NCBI GenBank assembly: GCA_050014495.1
Contig: JBEKDF010000042.1
Location: 1-22,352 of the forward strand
DNA: 22,352 bases
DNA from: Candidatus Bathyarchaeia archaeon
GTDB lineage: Archaea; Thermoproteota; Bathyarchaeia; TCS64
Direction of reading: 5' to 3'
Under the pieces are notes generated by a model that searched no databases, was not told the DNA's origin, and saw only the letters and a program-made list of their open reading frames with translations. Each line of letters begins with the position of its first letter. Within the stretch, counting starts at the first letter, position 1. Positions 18,407-22,352 of this stretch are shown here, piece after piece. A program made the position numbers and the translations under genes.

Positions 18407-19198
18407 TCAGCCCCGAGATTTGGTGATGAGCAATCCTTTTCCGACATCAAACCTGTAGAGATAAAAAGAAGCCAAGAGGAACATAACCGACTGCAACAGG
18501 AAGATTGCGTCAAGATGGTTGTAGGTGAATCCCATTATGTTATACGGGACCTGAGTCGGGTTCAGGAAAGTGGCTACGCTAAACTTCGTGTCCAACGCCA
18601 AGCTCTGACGCCACTCCGCATCGAATAGGTTCCAGACATACTCAACCAGCGGCACCACGAAGTAAAGGGAGAGCAGCAGAAACGTCCATTTGACCAGTAT
18701 TGATCTATCCTTGAGTAGCCGGAATGAGACGTATAGGAAGAGCGTCGCCGAGGTCAATGTTAGAGCGGCTGAGCTGAGTGTACTAGTCAGGGTGAACATC
18801 TGATTGTTCAGGCCGTAAACGCCGAACAGCAGTGAAATTATGCTTTGACTCCCCCATAGGCTTAGGATTAGAGATGCCTCGAGTTTATGCCGCCTCAAGA
18901 GGCCGCCGTTGATGAAGAAATCAAATATTAAGGTGATGATGGTGAGTCCTGCGGCGATGTTTAGAAGATTTGAAATGATGATGAAGTAGCCGTAGGAGTA
19001 TAGAAGATCAGGTGTCAAGTATTGTGGGATCAGTAGTATCGCCGCGAGTATTGCGAGTAGTCCAGTCGTTCCCATCAAGGTAGAGAAGACCATCTTACCG
19101 CTGATTGGTAAGTCGGCAAACGGGGCACTTTGAATGGGGACCTCCTCAAAGTGCGGGCACCAACCCCTGTACTTGTCTAGGAGACCGCGCAGCGTCAT
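18407..19198 (-). CDS. Polytopic membrane protein with N-terminal GWCP motif (DUF1673-like), paralog 1
   Basis: MTLRGLLDKYRGWCPH; ATGA overlap with the upstream regulator; shares SGK, RH-x-LE and IL-x-KW-x-FLL blocks with the next gene. Confidence 0.78.
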   Translation of the reverse strand: MTLRGLLDKYRGWCPHFEEVPIQSAPFADLPISGKMVFSTLMGTTGLLAILAAILLIPQYLTPDLLYSYGYFIIISNLLNIAAGLTIITLIFDFFINGGLLRRHKLEASLILSLWGSQSIISLLFGVYGLNNQMFTLTSTLSSAALTLTSATLFLYVSFRLLKDRSILVKWTFLLLSLYFVVPLVEYVWNLFDAEWRQSLALDTKFSVATFLNPTQVPYNIMGFTYNHLDAIFLLQSVMFLLASFYLYRFDVGKGLLITKSRG

Positions 19199-19662
19199 TG
19201 TCTCAGCTCCGGTAACAGCTTCGAGAAGATGACGTGTGCCAGCTTCGATGGGGGTAGCTTCCTCTGCTCCGCCTCCAGCTCGACTCCCCTCTCCTTCGCC
19301 TCGTCGAGCAGCCTCTCCCCACAGCGCCTAACATATCCACATACATCACAGTTGGGCTCCTCGAAGTGCCAAGTCTGGACTCCATGCTTCCTCGAGAAGG
19401 TGACGATCACCTTGCTGGAGTCTAGAGGCATGCTACCTAGGAGAATACCATTCTTAGGGTCAATTCGAATGATCTCGATCGAGCTCGCCTCAGCTGTATG
19501 CGTGAGGGCGTTCTCAACCTTACCCAGCGACACTTTTAATGCGTCGTAGACCGCCTGCCGCGTGAAGCCGAACCTCTCACCAATCTCCGCCCTCGACTCG
19601 CCTCGCCTGTTCATGTCCCATATGTCTAGTTGGCGGGCGGTCAAGTAGGCTGAGGATAACAT
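19195..19662 (-). CDS. HTH transcription regulator (sigma70 region 4/LuxR-like) with C-terminal C-x2-C-x5-C domain
   Basis: LTARQLDIW...GESRAEIGERFGFTRQAVYDAL HTH; GVQTWHFEEPNCDVCGYVRRC; EAKERGV...PPSKLA. Confidence 0.8.
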   Translation of the reverse strand: MLSSAYLTARQLDIWDMNRRGESRAEIGERFGFTRQAVYDALKVSLGKVENALTHTAEASSIEIIRIDPKNGILLGSMPLDSSKVIVTFSRKHGVQTWHFEEPNCDVCGYVRRCGERLLDEAKERGVELEAEQRKLPPSKLAHVIFSKLLPELRQ

Positions 19663-19683
19663 ATATATCTAAATCAAGATAAC

Positions 19684-19707
19684 ATGTAAAGTATAAGAGC
19701 TTTACGT
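19684..19707 (-). promoter_or_regulatory. Palindromic operator overlapping the TATA box of the HTH-GWCP operon
   Basis: ATGTAAAG-TATAAGAG-CTTTACGT (GTAAAG-N8-CTTTAC). The minus strand reads AAAG-CTC-TTATA about 30-35 nt upstream of ATG 19662. Confidence 0.6.
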
Positions 19708-19728
19708 ATCATCTTTCAGGTAATAACA

Positions 19729-20121
19729 CTATGGCACTTTGATGCGATAAATGATCATCAGAATCAGGAACCCAACTGTGGATAATATTATCCCAAGAAC
19801 GACCTGGGTGTTCGCCGACTGTCTATCGTATAACACACGAGAACCCCTATAAACCAGGAAAATACCACCAAAAGTCATCCCATACAATAAAAACGTCAGA
19901 ACAAACTCCGTTGAGGTCTGCTCAGATGCGTAAGGAGAAATGGAGGTCGGACCTCCGGACTGATCCGCGACCAACCCGGGTGGATGGTTGATGACCTCGT
20001 ATGTCCCACCGCATACAATGAAGAGCACGAAGATGACCAGGATAAATGGACCATATTCACGGAGTGATTCAAACGAGATCGACTTACGTTTCTCGTGGGA
20101 CTTACCCTTCCTCTTAGACAT
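19729..20121 (-). CDS. OST3/OST6 (OSTC/DC2)-like oligosaccharyltransferase accessory subunit
   Basis: 130 aa, basic N-terminus, 3 TM; GGTYEVINHPP...EQTSTEFVL...GG mirrors the GG-x-Y-D-x-I-xx-PP...Q-xxx-E pattern of DC2/OST3-6 (recalled from memory, not searched). Confidence 0.65.
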   Translation of the reverse strand: MSKRKGKSHEKRKSISFESLREYGPFILVIFVLFIVCGGTYEVINHPPGLVADQSGGPTSISPYASEQTSTEFVLTFLLYGMTFGGIFLVYRGSRVLYDRQSANTQVVLGIILSTVGFLILMIIYRIKVP

Positions 20122-20269
20122 TCATACAACGCTCGTATACTGGGCTAACTTCGATACTGTTGGAAAAAAGTGATTCAATCACTTAAAATGGCTTCTGGTA
20201 CAAACACTTACAGGGTTAGATTCGATGCAAAGTCAACGATATATACGGATTTGGTGAAATAGTTACTGT

Positions 20270-20923
20270 ATGGTTGATAGGAGGATTATAACTGGAATCC
20301 TCGCAGCACTGTTATTAGCCTCGACATTATCCGTCATCACAATTGGCAAAAACATCTCCCTGAGTGTCACCGGGCAGGTGTATGATGGGAGGTATAGTCT
20401 CCATTATCCACTCTTCGTAACCCCGATCGTCAATGCTTCTCAGCTTCATGATGAAGGAGCGGCTAATCAGTCAGCTAGGATGGATATTCTCCTCTTCGTC
20501 GAGAGTAACCCCGGTTCTCATTTTAGGCTGATCTGCTCCTCGCTTGGTCTGTGTGTGGGGGTTGTGCAGTATCACGTTCGTAGGCTTGAGGAGCTGGGGC
20601 TTGTCTCCTCGAGGCGTTTTGGGAGGTATAGGAGGTATTTCTCGTCTGGTGTGTTTGATGACTCGGTTATGGGTGTGATTTCTATGCTCAGGATCGGGAC
20701 AGTCAGAGATATTGTTGAGGTACTTTTGGAGGCTGGTTCCGTGCGTCATGTTGTTTTGGCTGATCGTGTTGATGTTTCCTCTCAGGCGTTAACGTGGTAC
20801 ATGAAGAGGTTGGGCGAGGCTGGACTAGTTTCTTCTAGGATGGATGAGAATGGTTTGTGGTATACCGTAAACTTCGTGAATAGGGACGAAATTATCCGAT
20901 GCTTAAAGATTCTACGTAAGTGA
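20270..20923 (+). CDS. Tandem winged-HTH regulator with N-terminal hydrophobic anchor (COG3398-like)
   Basis: ILLFVESNPGSHFRLI...GVVQYHVRRLEELGLV...RYF, and a second wHTH (SSQALTWYMKRLGEAGLV). Confidence 0.8.
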   Translation: MVDRRIITGILAALLLASTLSVITIGKNISLSVTGQVYDGRYSLHYPLFVTPIVNASQLHDEGAANQSARMDILLFVESNPGSHFRLICSSLGLCVGVVQYHVRRLEELGLVSSRRFGRYRRYFSSGVFDDSVMGVISMLRIGTVRDIVEVLLEAGSVRHVVLADRVDVSSQALTWYMKRLGEAGLVSSRMDENGLWYTVNFVNRDEIIRCLKILRK

Positions 20924-20965
20924 ACAGGTATATAGCGTTCTCAAGGTATTCCACCAAAACCGGAT

Positions 20966-21829
20966 TTAATCACCCATGTACCCGACTGCCTTGAACAGTA
21001 ATACGTCACTACGCTTTCCAATGATGCTAGCATCGTTTGTGCCGACTCTGTAAGTCCCGACAAAAGTCAACGAAACCTCAGCACTGCTCGGGCCAGTCTC
21101 AACGATCTTGTCGAAGAACGTGTAATTCACGTGCTTAACCGTACTCGATGCATCGATCTCATCCTGAGTCAAAACCTGTATAACCACACCTTTGATACCA
21201 CGAGGGACATCAACCCCTGCGAGGTTCGGCGTCGATAACAGGATCAGACCACCCTCCGGGAGGCTGACTCCCCTGCTTACTCCCTGAAGCAACTGATCCA
21301 CGTGGTCGCTGAGTGCCAACTCAACCAACGCCTGCCTGTCGGCTAACCCTAAAGGCCTACTCACCGTGAACTCCGCGTAGAACACCTGCCTCTGGCCATC
21401 GTACTCGATCTCCTTCGAGACTCGGTAGAGCCCCGAGTCAAGCCCCGTAACATTGACACTCTGATTCCAGGCAGACCCCGCAGACGCACTAATCAACAGC
21501 ATTGCCCACCAGGTGTGATCCTCCACAGGAGTCCACGTCTCATTAACCATCTTCTCGAGATGATACATGAGACCGTACTCGATGCTCCACGGACCCGGGT
21601 TGAATATCCTGAGAGCTATCGCGCCCTCATCCGTCACGTTAGATGGCTGAACGCTCAGAGACGGTTTAGGCTCGTACAGGTTGTTACTCGAGTCAATCAC
21701 AGTGTAGTCAGACTTGATGCCGACGATTGGGGCTCCGCTATTATATCCGAGCCCGACGCCGTGTCCCAGTCCCCTCGGGACGCTGAGGGTAACGTTGAGT
21801 ACAGTCGGCTCGTTGACAGTCACGAACAC
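20966..21829 (-). pseudogene. Ig-like (Big_14-type) domain protein, probably 5'-truncated
   Basis: SIEYGLMYHLEK...W...LDSGLYRVSKEI...FYAEFTV. No signal peptide; the frame closes about 20 codons upstream of GTG, inside the PadR fragment. Confidence 0.6.
21329..21575 (-). repeat. Inverted repeat copy B (pairs with 14662-14908)
   Basis: Reverse complement aligns without gaps to copy A; core 21375-21442. Confidence 0.9.
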
Positions 21830-21832
21830 AGG

Positions 21833-22147
21833 GATGAGGGCTTGGATAGACGTAATTATACCATCACGCCGGAAGGTGAGGAGGCTCTACGTAAGGGGAT
21901 GGATCGCTGGAGCCAAGTCATGGAATATGTTGAACTCTTTGGCGAGAGGCACAGGGCTGATGTAATTGTTAAACTGGGGGAGTCAATGAGAGAAGCCTCA
22001 TTCAATGTTTCAGACGCTCTTCCCACTTTAGAGTCGATGGAGATTGAGTTGCCTGAACAGTTAATGTTCAAATTCCTTTACGCACCGGAAGGCGATGAAA
22101 TGGAGATCGAGATCGAGGTAGAGTGGCCAAATAAGCAGAAGACATGA
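21833..22147 (+). pseudogene. 5'-truncated PadR-family regulator fused to an amphi-Trp-like domain
   Basis: DRRNYTITPEGEEALRKGMDRW is the PadR wing plus C-terminal helix; EIELPEQLMFKFLY...EMEIEIEVEW resembles an amphi-Trp terminus. The upstream part of track ORF 21515-22147 is merely antisense to the Ig gene. Confidence 0.65.
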
Positions 22148-22166
22148 AGTTACGAAGATGATGTTT

Positions 22167-22352
22167 CTAGTACATTTCTTTGGTCCTCTCCTCGGGGGGC
22201 TTGATGTCCTTGAAGAAGAGGTACATCGTTGCAGCGGAGGCAAACTGGAAGAAGCCCGCACCGTAGAAGGGGAAGGATAGGCTCACGAACTCGTAGAGAT
22301 ACCCAGCAATGGCCGGTGCACCTGCAGATGTGAACCTGCTGACCACCTGAAT
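22167..22352 (-). CDS. MFS transporter, C-terminal part (5' end off the window)
   Basis: Manual translation IQVVSRFTSAGAPAIAGYLYEFVSLSFPFYGAGFFQFASAATMYLFFKDIKPPEERTKEMY* fits the MFS TM11-12 pattern. Confidence 0.75.
   Translation of the reverse strand: MQVVSRFTSAGAPAIAGYLYEFVSLSFPFYGAGFFQFASAATMYLFFKDIKPPEERTKEMY

Noticed and set aside
18403..18513. Long start for the second GWCP gene (MTQSSCCSR...)
   Set aside because: It overlaps the upstream gene; the paralog alignment puts the start at 18402.
14662..21575. Repeat pair as a diversity-generating retroelement TR/VR
   Set aside because: Mismatches involve all four bases and fall mostly at wobble positions rather than at adenines; no reverse transcriptase is in the window.
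21515..21830. N-terminal half of the 210-aa plus-strand ORF
   Set aside because: It is antisense to the Ig-like gene and shows no PadR similarity before about 21833.
1..22352. CRISPR array, transposase, integrase or rRNA
   Set aside because: No regularly spaced repeats or recognisable motifs were seen; the 21-bp repeats near 15500 are coding heptads.

Overview
Archaeal chromosomal segment, probably Bathyarchaeia. That lineage call is inferred from gene content (MvhG, a fused PorGD plus PorA and PorB, archaeal dUTPase, an OST3/OST6-like protein, a pilin-like domain), not from a database hit. Bases 1-13.8 kb hold metabolic and housekeeping genes: partial mvhG, a 2-oxoacid:ferredoxin oxidoreductase operon, flavodoxin, a QueG-like Fe-S protein, an FAH-family enzyme, two ROK proteins, argH, a GmhA-like SIS protein, an LDH/MDH-like protein, alkA and dUTPase. 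Bases 13.9-22.3 kb form a plastic region of membrane and surface genes. It contains pseudogenes, a 247-bp inverted paralogous repeat (Ig-like domain), clustered intergenic (CG)n motifs, an orphan tRNA 3' end resembling an att site, and a back-to-back junction of two 5'-truncated genes. The best candidate for an undescribed system is the operon at 17404-19707. It encodes a sigma-region-4-like HTH protein with only three clustered Cys (C-x2-C-x5-C) and two paralogous polytopic membrane proteins that each begin with KY-x-GWCP, and a palindrome straddles its TATA box. This looks like an archaeal regulator/membrane anti-regulator module with a possibly shared metal site.
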